A stretch of DNA of 32,000 nucleotides from Candidatus Saccharimonadota bacterium (lineage in GTDB: Bacteria; Patescibacteriota; Gracilibacteria; UBA1369; 2-02-FULL-48-14), in contig JBAZVE010000001.1 in assembly GCA_041661045.1 (NCBI GenBank), positions 780,001-812,000 of the forward strand. The letters run 5' to 3'. Below are positions 14,824 to 23,471 of the stretch, in pieces; positions within the stretch are counted from its first letter, which is position 1, and every line of letters starts with the position of its first letter. The notes below the pieces were generated by a model. That model searched no databases, was not told where the DNA came from, and saw only the letters and a program-made list of their open reading frames with translations. The translations under genes and the position numbers were made by a program.

Positions 14824-17394
14824 CTAATTGTAGAACTCTTCGTAAGCCAGGTCGATGATCTTGGCGGCTTCGGCACGGGAGAGGTCGTTGGAAGGACCAA
14901 AGGATCCGTCATTGTAACCGTTGATGATGTCGAGGTCATCGGCGAGTACCACGGCCCAAGCGAACCAGTTGCTGTAGCTCACATCAGAGAAATCGATATC
15001 GCTGGAGCTGTAATCGTAGTCTTCTTCACCGGCGATGCGGAACATGATCACGAGCGCTTCGGCACGGTTGATGTCTTCGTTGGGACGGAATGTTCCGTCG
15101 CTGTAGCCTTCCACGAAATCCTTGGTGGTGGCGTAGCTCACGAATTCGTAGAACCAATCGCTGTCATCCACATCATCGTAATAGACTGAAGTGTCGTAGG
15201 TATCTTTTTCCGCTCCGAGCAAAGCCATTTTGAGGAATTCCGCACGGCTCACATCATCATCGGGCTTGAAGTAGTATTGGTTGTACCCATCCACGACATC
15301 ACGATCGTAGAGATTGCAGATGTACTCTTCACCCCAGTGACCGTCGATGTCCACGAAATCTCCACATGAGCCATTTTCAGGATCTTCTTCGAGTTCATCT
15401 TCGTCTTCTTCACGACAGTTGTTGCTTTCGTCATCCTCATCCACGCTGTCTCCCACATCGATACACACCTCGACATCGTACTGGCTTCCATGATCATCGA
15501 GGAGATTATCACCCACATTGATGGTGCTGCTGTCTCCGCTTTGGAAGAAATCAGATGTATCATCGCTCTCATCAATCACAAGGGTGTATTCCACCGTTCC
15601 TTCCACATAGACATAGAGTTTCACGCTTTCGCTGTCATCTACATCGTCGTCTCCGGTATTGCTTACTACAACAATCAGGTCGTCGTCGGATTCCAAGTAG
15701 AGGTCTTCCACTTCAAGATCCACTCCATCTCCGCTACCGTTGATGCTGAGTGTTTCTTCCATACAGTTGTTGTCCTCATCTTCTTCATCCACGGTGTCGG
15801 TGGAATCCACACAGATTTCCACTTCGTACTCTTCGTCTTCGTCATCAAAGAAGTTGTCGCCAAGATCGAAGTCCTCTTCTTCACCGGCATCCAACCAATC
15901 GTCACCGGATTCGTTTTCGAAGTATTCGTAGTATTCACGGTCTCCGTCGACATAAATCGCCACATAAACATTTTCGCTGCTACTAACGGCTTCGTTCCCT
16001 TCATTTTGAAGAGTGAATGTGAAGTCTCCATCACTGTCCCAATCCATGGTTTCTACGGAAAGATCCGGACCATCGGAAGTGGTGTTTTCTCCAACGGTGA
16101 ATGTTTTTGTAACTTGAGAATCGGAGTTGGAGTCACGAGTGCTGGAGAATTCGCTGGTCACGGTATCAAAACCGCTTCCGCTGATACGAATTTCTGCATC
16201 TTCGTCCGTTGGAACCACGCATCCGTATTGACCGGCGGAAATGTATTCACAATCGATATCAAAACTGCTTCCCATTTCTACACTGGCGTTGCTCACGGTG
16301 TCTCCATCTTCATCCTTTACGGTTGCGATGTAGGCGTAATTGAGGACCGCTGTGTTGGTGACTTGTGCGCTGCTGTCACTGCTTCGATCTTGAAGAGCGA
16401 TGCTGGTGGGCGCGTATCCATCGGCATAAATAGTGGCGGTGGAATTGTCATTTGCGGCAGTAACGGGACAGTAGGCTTTATCGTTGTCCATCACACAGGC
16501 AACACCGGTTGTACCTGCAGTTGCAGAGTCGATTTCCACTCCGTTTCCGGTATCAGGATCTTCTGCCACGAGTACTTGGGTGTATTGCAATTCAATGCTT
16601 GTGGTTCGTACGGCTTCACTTAAAGAAACGGATGCACTTTTTTGTACAAAACCATCCACAGTGAATGTGGCGGTGTAGGTGGTTGTGCTTGGTGTGTAGA
16701 GGGCGTAGGCATAAGAATCATCGTGTACAAATCCTTCCGCGTAGATGGTGGTGTCTCCTGTTGAAGAACTGAAAGAAACATCGCCTTCCCCCATGCTCAC
16801 CCAGTCACCCAATTCAGAATCCACATTGAACACGGCGTTGTAATCCAAAATTCCGAGTTGGTCGGCTTTGATGGTGTTGGAATAATCGTTGGTGATTCGG
16901 ATGCGAGCGAAGTAGAGACTTGGGCTTGGGACATTTACTTCTCCAGACGCAGTGAAATCGATTTCAACGGTGGTTTTGGTCCAGTCGCTTGGTCGTTCCC
17001 ACTCCAGCGCAAAAATTCCGCTCGTGCTGTCGTTTTGAATGTTATCTGTGCTGTTGGCGAGCAAGGTTTCCCAAGAGCTTCCATCCCAATATTCAGTGAT
17101 GAACTCTCCGCTGCTTGCCGAAGTACCGATATCAATGGAAACTCCATCGAAGGCTTGGGCAAAGCCAAAATAAAAGTCATCTCCCACTGCTTCTCCCACA
17201 ATCACATCGGAAGAGTTGGCGTCAGCGGCATCCGAAGTTTTTTCGAAGGTGGACACGCCTTCCGTATAAATAACGGAATCCGCGAAGGCGTTGGAGTTGT
17301 CCACGCCGGAGTAGGTGGAGGCGGCCACCGCAGTGAACGCCACATTGCCGGCCATCAACATGGCGAGGCTCAGTAAGGAGATAAGTTTTTTCAT
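14824..17394 (-). CDS. secreted, extremely acidic cell-surface (S-layer-like) protein: two CARDB-like repeats plus three C-terminal SLH domains
   Basis: Signal peptide MKKLISLLSLAMLMAGNVAFTAVA. Two about 110-aa acidic repeats at aa 443-552 and 558-662 (DNA 15409-16068) share the pattern DL.VE…V…YV.G……D…C.D..D.V.E.DE.NNC. Three SLH-type repeats lie at aa 679-852 (DNA 14839-15360), e.g. 'FSDVSYSNWFAWAVVLADDLDIINGYNDGSFGPSNDLSRAEAAKII'. Confidence 0.85.
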   Translation of the reverse strand: MKKLISLLSLAMLMAGNVAFTAVAASTYSGVDNSNAFADSVIYTEGVSTFEKTSDAADANSSDVIVGEAVGDDFYFGFAQAFDGVSIDIGTSASSGEFITEYWDGSSWETLLANSTDNIQNDSTSGIFALEWERPSDWTKTTVEIDFTASGEVNVPSPSLYFARIRITNDYSNTIKADQLGILDYNAVFNVDSELGDWVSMGEGDVSFSSSTGDTTIYAEGFVHDDSYAYALYTPSTTTYTATFTVDGFVQKSASVSLSEAVRTTSIELQYTQVLVAEDPDTGNGVEIDSATAGTTGVACVMDNDKAYCPVTAANDNSTATIYADGYAPTSIALQDRSSDSSAQVTNTAVLNYAYIATVKDEDGDTVSNASVEMGSSFDIDCEYISAGQYGCVVPTDEDAEIRISGSGFDTVTSEFSSTRDSNSDSQVTKTFTVGENTTSDGPDLSVETMDWDSDGDFTFTLQNEGNEAVSSSENVYVAIYVDGDREYYEYFENESGDDWLDAGEEEDFDLGDNFFDDEDEEYEVEICVDSTDTVDEEDEDNNCMEETLSINGSGDGVDLEVEDLYLESDDDLIVVVSNTGDDDVDDSESVKLYVYVEGTVEYTLVIDESDDTSDFFQSGDSSTINVGDNLLDDHGSQYDVEVCIDVGDSVDEDDESNNCREEDEDELEEDPENGSCGDFVDIDGHWGEEYICNLYDRDVVDGYNQYYFKPDDDVSRAEFLKMALLGAEKDTYDTSVYYDDVDDSDWFYEFVSYATTKDFVEGYSDGTFRPNEDINRAEALVIMFRIAGEEDYDYSSSDIDFSDVSYSNWFAWAVVLADDLDIINGYNDGSFGPSNDLSRAEAAKIIDLAYEEFYN

Positions 17395-17426
17395 AGAAAG
17401 GGTTTAAAAGATGAAATTAAGGACTT

Positions 17427-17454
17427 ATATTACTATAATTTTTTAAAAAAGCAA
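17427..17454 (-). promoter_or_regulatory. candidate promoter for the SLH surface-protein gene
   Basis: On the minus strand: TTGCTT (plus-strand 17449-17454), 16-nt spacer, TAATAT (17427-17432), 32 nt upstream of the ATG at 17394. Confidence 0.35.
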
Positions 17455-17457
17455 GGG

Positions 17458-18258
17458 CTACTTGATTACGGGCTTTAAAATGAGAGAAATAAAGAATCCG
17501 ACGATGCAGACCAATACGATGGAGCTTCCGCTGGGAACAGAGCTTATATAAGAGAGAATGAGTCCAATGAGGACGGCGGCTTCTGCGAAAAGAATGGCCA
17601 GAACGGCGGTGGAGCGGAAACTGTTGGCCATTTGTAGGGCCGCGAGCACCGGGATGACCATGAGTGCGCCGATGAGCAAGCCTCCGATAATTTTTAAGGA
17701 GAGGGAAACGGTGAGAGCGGCCAAAATGCCGAGACCTGTTTTGAAAAACTGAACACGGAGGCCGGAGGCCTCGGCCAGTTCTTCATTAAAAGCCAAAGTG
17801 ACGAGGGGCCACCAGAATAGGCCTATGCCTACAAAACTTCCCACGGCAAGCAGACTCAAGAGCACGAGATCTTGTGTGCTGACGGTGCTGATGCTTCCAA
17901 ACAAATAGCTTTCGAAAGAAAGCGTGGAGTGAGAAAGACTGATGAGGGCTACGGCGAGAGCCAATCCTCCCGAGAGGAAGAGCGCATGCACGGCTTCGGT
18001 TCCCAATCTGCCCCGTGCCACGATCTTTTCAATTCCGGTTGCGGCTAAAATGCTCACGAAAAGTGCGCCCAATAAAGGAGAGACCCCGGCGACCATGCCG
18101 ACTCCAACTCCCGCCAAGGCGGTGTGTGAGAGTGTGTCCGTGAGCATACTGGAGCGACGGGCCACCAGAAAAGTTCCCAAAAGGGGAGCGGAGGCTCCCA
18201 CAAGGAGTCCCGCCACCAGGGCTCTGGTCATGAAACTGTATTCAAAAAAATCAAACAT
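17458..18258 (-). CDS. metal (Zn/Mn-type) ABC transporter permease, ABC-3 family
   Basis: 266 aa and polytopic. 'MTRALVAGLLVGASAPLLGTFLVARRSSMLTDTLSHTALAGVGVG' is characteristic of ZnuB/MntB-type permeases. Overlaps the ATPase gene by 8 nt. Confidence 0.8.
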   Translation of the reverse strand: MFDFFEYSFMTRALVAGLLVGASAPLLGTFLVARRSSMLTDTLSHTALAGVGVGMVAGVSPLLGALFVSILAATGIEKIVARGRLGTEAVHALFLSGGLALAVALISLSHSTLSFESYLFGSISTVSTQDLVLLSLLAVGSFVGIGLFWWPLVTLAFNEELAEASGLRVQFFKTGLGILAALTVSLSLKIIGGLLIGALMVIPVLAALQMANSFRSTAVLAILFAEAAVLIGLILSYISSVPSGSSIVLVCIVGFFISLILKPVIK

Positions 18259-19009
18259 GATGCGCGCTGTGTTTTATGGGTTTAAATTCTTCTCCAAAAG
18301 TTCTGTCCCACATTCCGTGGGTGCTGAGTTCTGCCGGTTTGCAACTGGCATGCAAACGGTGATTGAGGCAAAGGACTCGAGATGCTTTTGCGGTGACCAT
18401 CTCTAAATCATGGGTGACCATTACGATGGTGAGTTTTTTCTTTTTATTGAGATCGGAAAGAATTTGATAGAAATGTTTTTGAGAGGGAAGGTCCACGGCA
18501 CTGAGAGGTTCATCCAAAAAAAGAATGGAAGGCTTGCTCACCATGGCTCTGGCAATCACCACTCGTTGGCGTTGTCCGCCCGAAAGATCCGAAAACATGC
18601 GTCGTTTGAGTGTGCTCGCGGAAACCACTTCGAGCGCTTCATCGATGGCGCGCTGATCCTCCTTGTCCAACCATCCGAATCCACGACGGCTTGCAAGCCC
18701 CGTGGCCACTACTTCATGCACGCTCATGGCAAAAGGGAAGGAACTGGTGGTGAAGTGCTGCGGTACGAAGCCAATGTTTTTACGAGCCGCAAAATTCTTA
18801 TTCTTCTTTCCTTTGATGTAAATTTCTCCTTTGTCGAATGGAATCAAACCCAGCATGGCTCTTAATAGTGTTGTTTTTCCCCCGCCATTGGGTCCCACTA
18901 TCCCCACATATTCTCCCGCTTGAATGCTGAAGCTGATTTCTTCAAGCACACGATGCTTGCCCAGCATGATGCTTAGATTCTCCACTTCCAGTACGGGGTT
19001 ACTTTTCAT
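18251..19009 (-). CDS. metal ABC transporter ATP-binding protein (ZnuC-like)
   Basis: Walker A 'GPNGGGKTT', signature 'LSGGQRQRV', Walker B 'ILFLDEPLSAVD'. His-containing C-terminal tail. Confidence 0.85.
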   Translation of the reverse strand: MKSNPVLEVENLSIMLGKHRVLEEISFSIQAGEYVGIVGPNGGGKTTLLRAMLGLIPFDKGEIYIKGKKNKNFAARKNIGFVPQHFTTSSFPFAMSVHEVVATGLASRRGFGWLDKEDQRAIDEALEVVSASTLKRRMFSDLSGGQRQRVVIARAMVSKPSILFLDEPLSAVDLPSQKHFYQILSDLNKKKKLTIVMVTHDLEMVTAKASRVLCLNHRLHASCKPAELSTHGMWDRTFGEEFKPIKHSAHHV

Positions 19010-19024
19010 TCTTTGTGGTTTTTA

Positions 19025-20149
19025 CTATTGTCTCCTTAAGTTGAGACTTTTGAAAGTGGAAATCTTTGTGCAGGCAAAAAGTGTGGTGATGGGCACCGTT
19101 AAAATCAGTCCGATGCTGCCCACCAAGGTTTGAATGATTTCTTCGGCCACAAATTCATAATTCAGGACTTCGTAAAAACTGTGAGAGTGATCGATGAAAA
19201 GTAAAAGAAGAGGGAGGGAAGCTCCCGTGTAGACGAGAACCAGAGTGTTCACCATGCTCGCGATGTGATCTTTACCCACGCTCATGGTTCGTTTGTAGAG
19301 TTCAAAAAAGGAAATGTTTTCCTTGGCGCCTTGCAGTTGCTCGGCCACAGAGGCTTGGGAAATACTGACATCATCCAGAACTCCAAGCATGGAGATGAGC
19401 ACTCCGGCGAGGAGGAGGCCTTGGAAGTTGATCCGTTCACCTGTATCAGATTTAAGGAAAGAGGCGGCTTCATCCGCCAGTCCGGTGAGACTGCCCCAGT
19501 TGGCGAAAAGGCCGGCCAAGAGTCCTGTTAAAATGAGAGTCACGAGAGTTCCAAGAATGGCCACGGTGGTTTTGCGATTGATGCCGTGAGAAAGATAAAA
19601 ACTTGCCGGAATGATGAGAGCCGAACCCAAAATGGCCGCCCATACGGGGCTAAATCCCGCAAGGATGAGCGGCAGTACGAGTCGGAAGAGGACGAAGAAA
19701 GAGAACACCATGCCGAGCAAAGAGCGGAGACCTTGTTTTTGAGAGACGACTAGGACAACAGCTATGAATAAGAGGAAAAGCCAAAATAAAAGGGGGCGGC
19801 GCACGGTGTCTACAATGGCAAAAATATTTTCGTCGTAACCGCTCGCGGATTTTAGGAGCACCAGGCGATCCCCCAATTTATATTCTTGAGAATAGATGCT
19901 GGGCATGATTCCATTCTCCACTTCCACGATTTCTCCCTTGAGGGAACCTCTTGTCACCTCCATTTGCAGTACTTGATAGTATTGCGGTCCATCCACCGTT
20001 TCTTGTTGCTCGCTTGTGGTGAGTTCCACGACCGTGGCTTCCAGGACTTCTTCATAGGAGCTGCTGCTGTCCGAAGGAGGATTGATGTCCAAAAAGAAGA
20101 GGACAACGGTAATAATGAGAAGGAAAGCCGGAAGGATTTTTTTGAACAT
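19025..20149 (-). CDS. YibE/F family integral membrane protein
   Basis: 374 aa: N-terminal anchor, extracytoplasmic domain, then about 7 TM segments. 'GKDHIASMVNTLVLVYTGASLPLLLLF' resembles YibE/F family members. Confidence 0.65.
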   Translation of the reverse strand: MFKKILPAFLLIITVVLFFLDINPPSDSSSSYEEVLEATVVELTTSEQQETVDGPQYYQVLQMEVTRGSLKGEIVEVENGIMPSIYSQEYKLGDRLVLLKSASGYDENIFAIVDTVRRPLLFWLFLLFIAVVLVVSQKQGLRSLLGMVFSFFVLFRLVLPLILAGFSPVWAAILGSALIIPASFYLSHGINRKTTVAILGTLVTLILTGLLAGLFANWGSLTGLADEAASFLKSDTGERINFQGLLLAGVLISMLGVLDDVSISQASVAEQLQGAKENISFFELYKRTMSVGKDHIASMVNTLVLVYTGASLPLLLLFIDHSHSFYEVLNYEFVAEEIIQTLVGSIGLILTVPITTLFACTKISTFKSLNLRRQ

Positions 20150-20163
20150 TGGAGTGGGAGGGT

Positions 20164-20793
20164 TTAGAGAGTTTCGGGTTCACCACCGATGGTTTCCGGA
20201 CTCTTGATATAAAGATCCAACAAAGCCTTGTAGACTGCGAACCATTCGCGAAGATCGTAGTAATCTTCAAAAACATAGGGTTGTCGGTCGGCGATCATGC
20301 CGATGCTTTGAACACCGAGCGCGTTGCAAGTGAAGAGGGCGCGCGGGAGGTGAAATTTTTGCGTGACGAGAACGGCTTCTTCGATGCCCCAAATTTCTTT
20401 GGCACGGAGGCAGGAATCATAAGTCCGCGCGCCCGCAAAATCTTCCGCAATGGCATCTTCTGGGATTCCCCACAAGACCAAAAATTCCTTCATGGCGGCG
20501 GGCTCGTTGTAATATTCGTCCGTTATATTGTCACCCGAGACCAGAATTTTTTCCACGGTTCCGTTTAAATAGAGGCCCGCCGCCACGATGAGGCGATCGG
20601 CCAGCGCATCCGATGGCCGTCCATTCACATTCAATCCCGCTCCAAAAACCAAAGCCACCGGTGCTGCCGGAATATTTTCTTCCGCGCTGTAGATTTTTCC
20701 GCTTTCCGCTACTTTAAGCAGCGCCGGAAAAAATATAACCCCGCACAAAACCAAGATGAGCCCGAGAAAGATAAATCTTTTCTTTATTTTCAC
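20164..20793 (-). CDS. SanA/YdcF (DUF218) family envelope protein
   Basis: N-terminal TM segment, then 'ALVFGAGLNVNGRPSDALADRLIVAAGLY…ILVSGDN…YNEPAAM…GIPEDAI..DFAGARTYDS..RA…VLVTQKFHLPRA', matching the SanA/DUF218 pattern. Confidence 0.7.
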   Translation of the reverse strand: MKIKKRFIFLGLILVLCGVIFFPALLKVAESGKIYSAEENIPAAPVALVFGAGLNVNGRPSDALADRLIVAAGLYLNGTVEKILVSGDNITDEYYNEPAAMKEFLVLWGIPEDAIAEDFAGARTYDSCLRAKEIWGIEEAVLVTQKFHLPRALFTCNALGVQSIGMIADRQPYVFEDYYDLREWFAVYKALLDLYIKSPETIGGEPETL

Positions 20794-20815
20794 GAGCCCA
20801 TCTTAGCAGTTCCCT

Positions 20816-22492
20816 TTAGATTTCGAAATAGTCCAATGGGTTTACCTTCATGCCGTCCAATTCCAATTCAAAGTGCAATAAAATTCCTGTATTTCCATAC
20901 ACTCGTCCTGTGGCCCCCATGACTCCAATTGCTTGGCCCTTGCTCACGGTATCTCCCACTTGTACAGAAATACTGTCCAAATGAGAATAACGAGTCATGA
21001 ATCCATTTTGATGATCGATCCAAATATTATTTCCGTAGCCCCCATTCCAGCCTCCGTCTGCGGAGGTAAAGACCACCACGCCATCTGCTGCGGCCCAAAC
21101 GGTTGGTTTTTCTGCATTTGCGATATCGATTCCGTTGTGCCTTTCCGTGAATCCTTGAGTTAACGAGCCTTGGCTTGGTATCAAGAGAGAGAAGATGGAA
21201 GCCAAATCTCCGGTGAAGATTTCTTCAGTTGATGTTTGGGCTTCGTCGACTTCTTGTCCAACAAGGCCCTCATATTCATTGCCGGAATTGCTGGGATTAT
21301 AAAGCTCTTCCACAAGATCCGTAAAACCTGCGTTCCATTCACGAATTCCGTCCTCAGGCACTTGATTCAACAAGGCTGCTGCATCCGCTTCGCTCATTTT
21401 CTCTCCTTTATAATAACAACCATTCTCTTGCACGAATTCCGGAACATTTGCAGAAAAACTCATTCCGGTGGCTTCTACATCGTACTTGGAAGGATCAAAA
21501 ATCTCTTCCGCGTTCAGCCCTTCTTCATACCCTTGCGTGAGGAAAGTGGTGAGGTCATAACGATTGGGTTCATCAGCAAAGGTGAGTTTTTGTTTTTCAA
21601 GTTTGTAAGTTTCTTCGTTGAAGTACGCGTAGAGGGTGCGCATGTGAACTCCATCGCCATCGCGAGCGCGCAAGTCTTGTCGAAACACTAGGTAGCCATC
21701 CTCACGGTACGCTTTTGCATTTTCCAATATCTCTTGCATGTTTGAAGCAGAGTTCTCTCCACTGAGCAGTTCTCCAAGAATGTGTTCGGTATCTATTTCC
21801 TCTTCTTGACCTTGTTCGTTTAAAGGAATGCTATCATTGATCACCATGTAAACAGTGGGATCTTCTTCCGCGATGCGCAGGAGCGAGCTGATTTGAGCGT
21901 CCACAGTCTCTTCTATTTGCGCGCAAATATATTTTTCTCCCATAAAAATTTGTGACCATTCATCCCCTTCCTCCACAATGAGTCCATGCTCTTCTATGGC
22001 TGAGGTGGAGTGAAAAGAGAAATTGTCTCCAAATTCATTCATGTTCTCCAGTACCACTTGTTCGATTTCTTTGGTGTCCGGATTGCGAACGATGTGAAGG
22101 AAATTTTCGTCGTCGGTCCATACTTCTTCCAAAGATGCTTCCACAGCGACTCCATTTTCAAAGCGTTGGCTCAATCGTTCTTCGTGAAAAATTCCATTTT
22201 GATTTTGGTAGAGCTCGGAGGCTTTCACTAAAAATTCCTGCGAGTTTATTTGTTTTGGTACGGTGATGATAATGCCCATGGCCACAAGCACCAGTGCGCT
22301 TACATATATAAATGAATACCGTTTCATGGAATGTAGGATTAAGTCTAAGCTCGAAGCTTTATCCCCCAATAAAATTTCTTCCGCTCGCATGAGCAAGCGT
22401 TGCTTGAGTGCGTCCACAAAAGCGGGATCTGCGGGTTTTCGACTGGCCTGCAGGGCCTTCAAGATTTTTTTATTGGAAGAGAAGTGCTTCAT
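20816..22492 (-). CDS. single-pass membrane protein with C-terminal LytM/M23 peptidase domain; putative anti-sigma partner of the upstream ECF sigma
   Basis: 558 aa. Short cytoplasmic N-terminus, TM segment 'YSFIYVSALVLVAMGIIITVP', and an extracytoplasmic region of about 360 aa with no recognisable family. The M23 domain has 'HNGIDI' (HxxxD), 'YSHL' and 'GNTGILLHFELE'. Lies 27 nt downstream of the sigma gene on the same strand. Confidence 0.8.
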   Translation of the reverse strand: MKHFSSNKKILKALQASRKPADPAFVDALKQRLLMRAEEILLGDKASSLDLILHSMKRYSFIYVSALVLVAMGIIITVPKQINSQEFLVKASELYQNQNGIFHEERLSQRFENGVAVEASLEEVWTDDENFLHIVRNPDTKEIEQVVLENMNEFGDNFSFHSTSAIEEHGLIVEEGDEWSQIFMGEKYICAQIEETVDAQISSLLRIAEEDPTVYMVINDSIPLNEQGQEEEIDTEHILGELLSGENSASNMQEILENAKAYREDGYLVFRQDLRARDGDGVHMRTLYAYFNEETYKLEKQKLTFADEPNRYDLTTFLTQGYEEGLNAEEIFDPSKYDVEATGMSFSANVPEFVQENGCYYKGEKMSEADAAALLNQVPEDGIREWNAGFTDLVEELYNPSNSGNEYEGLVGQEVDEAQTSTEEIFTGDLASIFSLLIPSQGSLTQGFTERHNGIDIANAEKPTVWAAADGVVVFTSADGGWNGGYGNNIWIDHQNGFMTRYSHLDSISVQVGDTVSKGQAIGVMGATGRVYGNTGILLHFELELDGMKVNPLDYFEI

Positions 22493-22519
22493 GCTTATAG
22501 AGAGAAGAAAAATTAAAAA

Positions 22520-23053
22520 TTACTGCAGGTTTTTCCAGCGATCCCTCAGCGTTTTTAGGGCGCGGGACAGGTTGGAGGCTACTGTTTTTTGTGAAACGGA
22601 AAGCAGCTTGGCGATTTCTTTGTTTTTTAAATCCGAAAAATATCTCAGCGTCAGTGTTTCTTGTTGTTCGCTTGGAAGCGCTTCAATTAAAATTTGAATT
22701 TGTTTTGCGTCTTCGTTCTCTTCCGCGAGTTCGTTCGGAGACCGTTCAGAACTTTTGAATGTGTTTTTTTCTTCATCAAGCTCCACGACTTTTTGGTTTT
22801 GTTTTTCTTTGAAGTATTTATTCAGCGCATTGCGTGCGATGGTGAAGAGCCATGCGCGGAACACAACTTCTTTATTGGAATTTAAGTGCGAAATATTTTT
22901 TAAAACGGCTTCCCACACGATGCTGGTGAGATCCTCCGCTTCGCTTTTTGTGTGTAAACGAATCAAAAAATATTGATACACGGCTTGCACATGCTCTTCA
23001 TACAATTGTGTGAATGCTTTGGGGTCGATTTTGGCACGATGAATGAGACTCAT
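22520..23053 (-). CDS. ECF-type RNA polymerase sigma-70 family factor
   Basis: 177 aa. Region 2 resembles 'VYQYFLIRLHTKSEAEDLTSIVWEAVLKNI'. Region 4 HTH is 'NKEIAKLLSVSQKTVASNLSRALKTLR'. Confidence 0.85.
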   Translation of the reverse strand: MSLIHRAKIDPKAFTQLYEEHVQAVYQYFLIRLHTKSEAEDLTSIVWEAVLKNISHLNSNKEVVFRAWLFTIARNALNKYFKEKQNQKVVELDEEKNTFKSSERSPNELAEENEDAKQIQILIEALPSEQQETLTLRYFSDLKNKEIAKLLSVSQKTVASNLSRALKTLRDRWKNLQ

Positions 23054-23258
23054 TGTGTATGAAGATCGCTTTTTAAAAAAATTACTGCATGTTTATTTTT
23101 TGTAGTGTAGCACGATTTTGTGATTCTGAGTACATAGACCTGATTTAGAAAATAAATTTACATTTGCGTGAGTCATTTTGAAAAATCCTCCTTGTCGAGT
23201 GATGAGAAAAAGAGGAGATTTTTTGTAGTTCTTTTTTTACTTCATTACCCACAACGCC

Positions 23259-23414
23259 ATGCCGGTAAAAAAGAAGAAAGCATCTAAGCCAGCCAAGAAG
23301 GCTGCACCTAAGAAAAAGGTTGCTAAGAAACCCGTAAAAAAGGTTGTTAAGAAAGTTGTTAAGAAGGCTGTGAAGAAAGCAGCGCCAAAGAAGAAGGCTG
23401 CAAAACGACGTTAA
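23259..23414 (+). CDS. 51-aa Lys/Ala/Val-rich highly basic protein (histone H1-like / nucleoid-type tail composition)
   Basis: ATG at 23259, TAA at 23412-23414. Translation: MPVKKKKASKPAKKAAPKKKVAKKPVKKVVKKVVKKAVKKAAPKKKAAKRR. Followed 14 nt later by a strong intrinsic terminator. Too short for the ORF track; the 97-aa ORF listed there is its antisense. Confidence 0.6.
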   Translation: MPVKKKKASKPAKKAAPKKKVAKKPVKKVVKKVVKKAVKKAAPKKKAAKRR

Positions 23415-23428
23415 GCCCTCTCTACGCC

Positions 23429-23459
23429 AAAACTCCACCTCCGGGTGGAGTTTTTTGTT
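23429..23459. terminator. rho-independent, bidirectional terminator
   Basis: AAAACTCCACC (23429-23439), TCCG loop, GGTGGAGTTTT (23444-23454), giving an 11-bp stem. A T-run continues to 23456. On the minus strand the A-run becomes the U-tract for the convergent lipoprotein gene. Confidence 0.75.
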
Positions 23460-23471
23460 ATACGGTTTTTA

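Noticed and set aside
15490-16623. 377-aa plus-strand ORF, plus several shorter ORFs at 15249-16034
   Set aside because: They are antisense or alternative frames of the acidic SLH/CARDB gene. GAT/GAA-rich coding produces open reverse frames rich in Ile/Phe/Val, and no motifs are present.
23081-23193. Canonical AAGGAGGA (minus strand, plus-strand 23186-23193) located 9 nt upstream of a 31-codon mini-ORF (23176 down to 23081), upstream of the second ECF sigma gene
   Set aside because: Other genes here lack SD sequences. The purine tract is also one arm of an imperfect hairpin (AATCCTCCT…AGGAGATT followed by a T-run). The peptide (MTHANVNLFSKSGLCTQNHKIVLHYKKINMQ) has no recognisable features. 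It cannot be supported without conservation or Ribo-seq data.
23145-23438. 97-aa minus-strand ORF
   Set aside because: It is a Phe/Leu-rich mirror image of the Lys-rich plus-strand gene (AAG/AAA read backwards as CTT/TTT). The terminator geometry supports the plus-strand gene.
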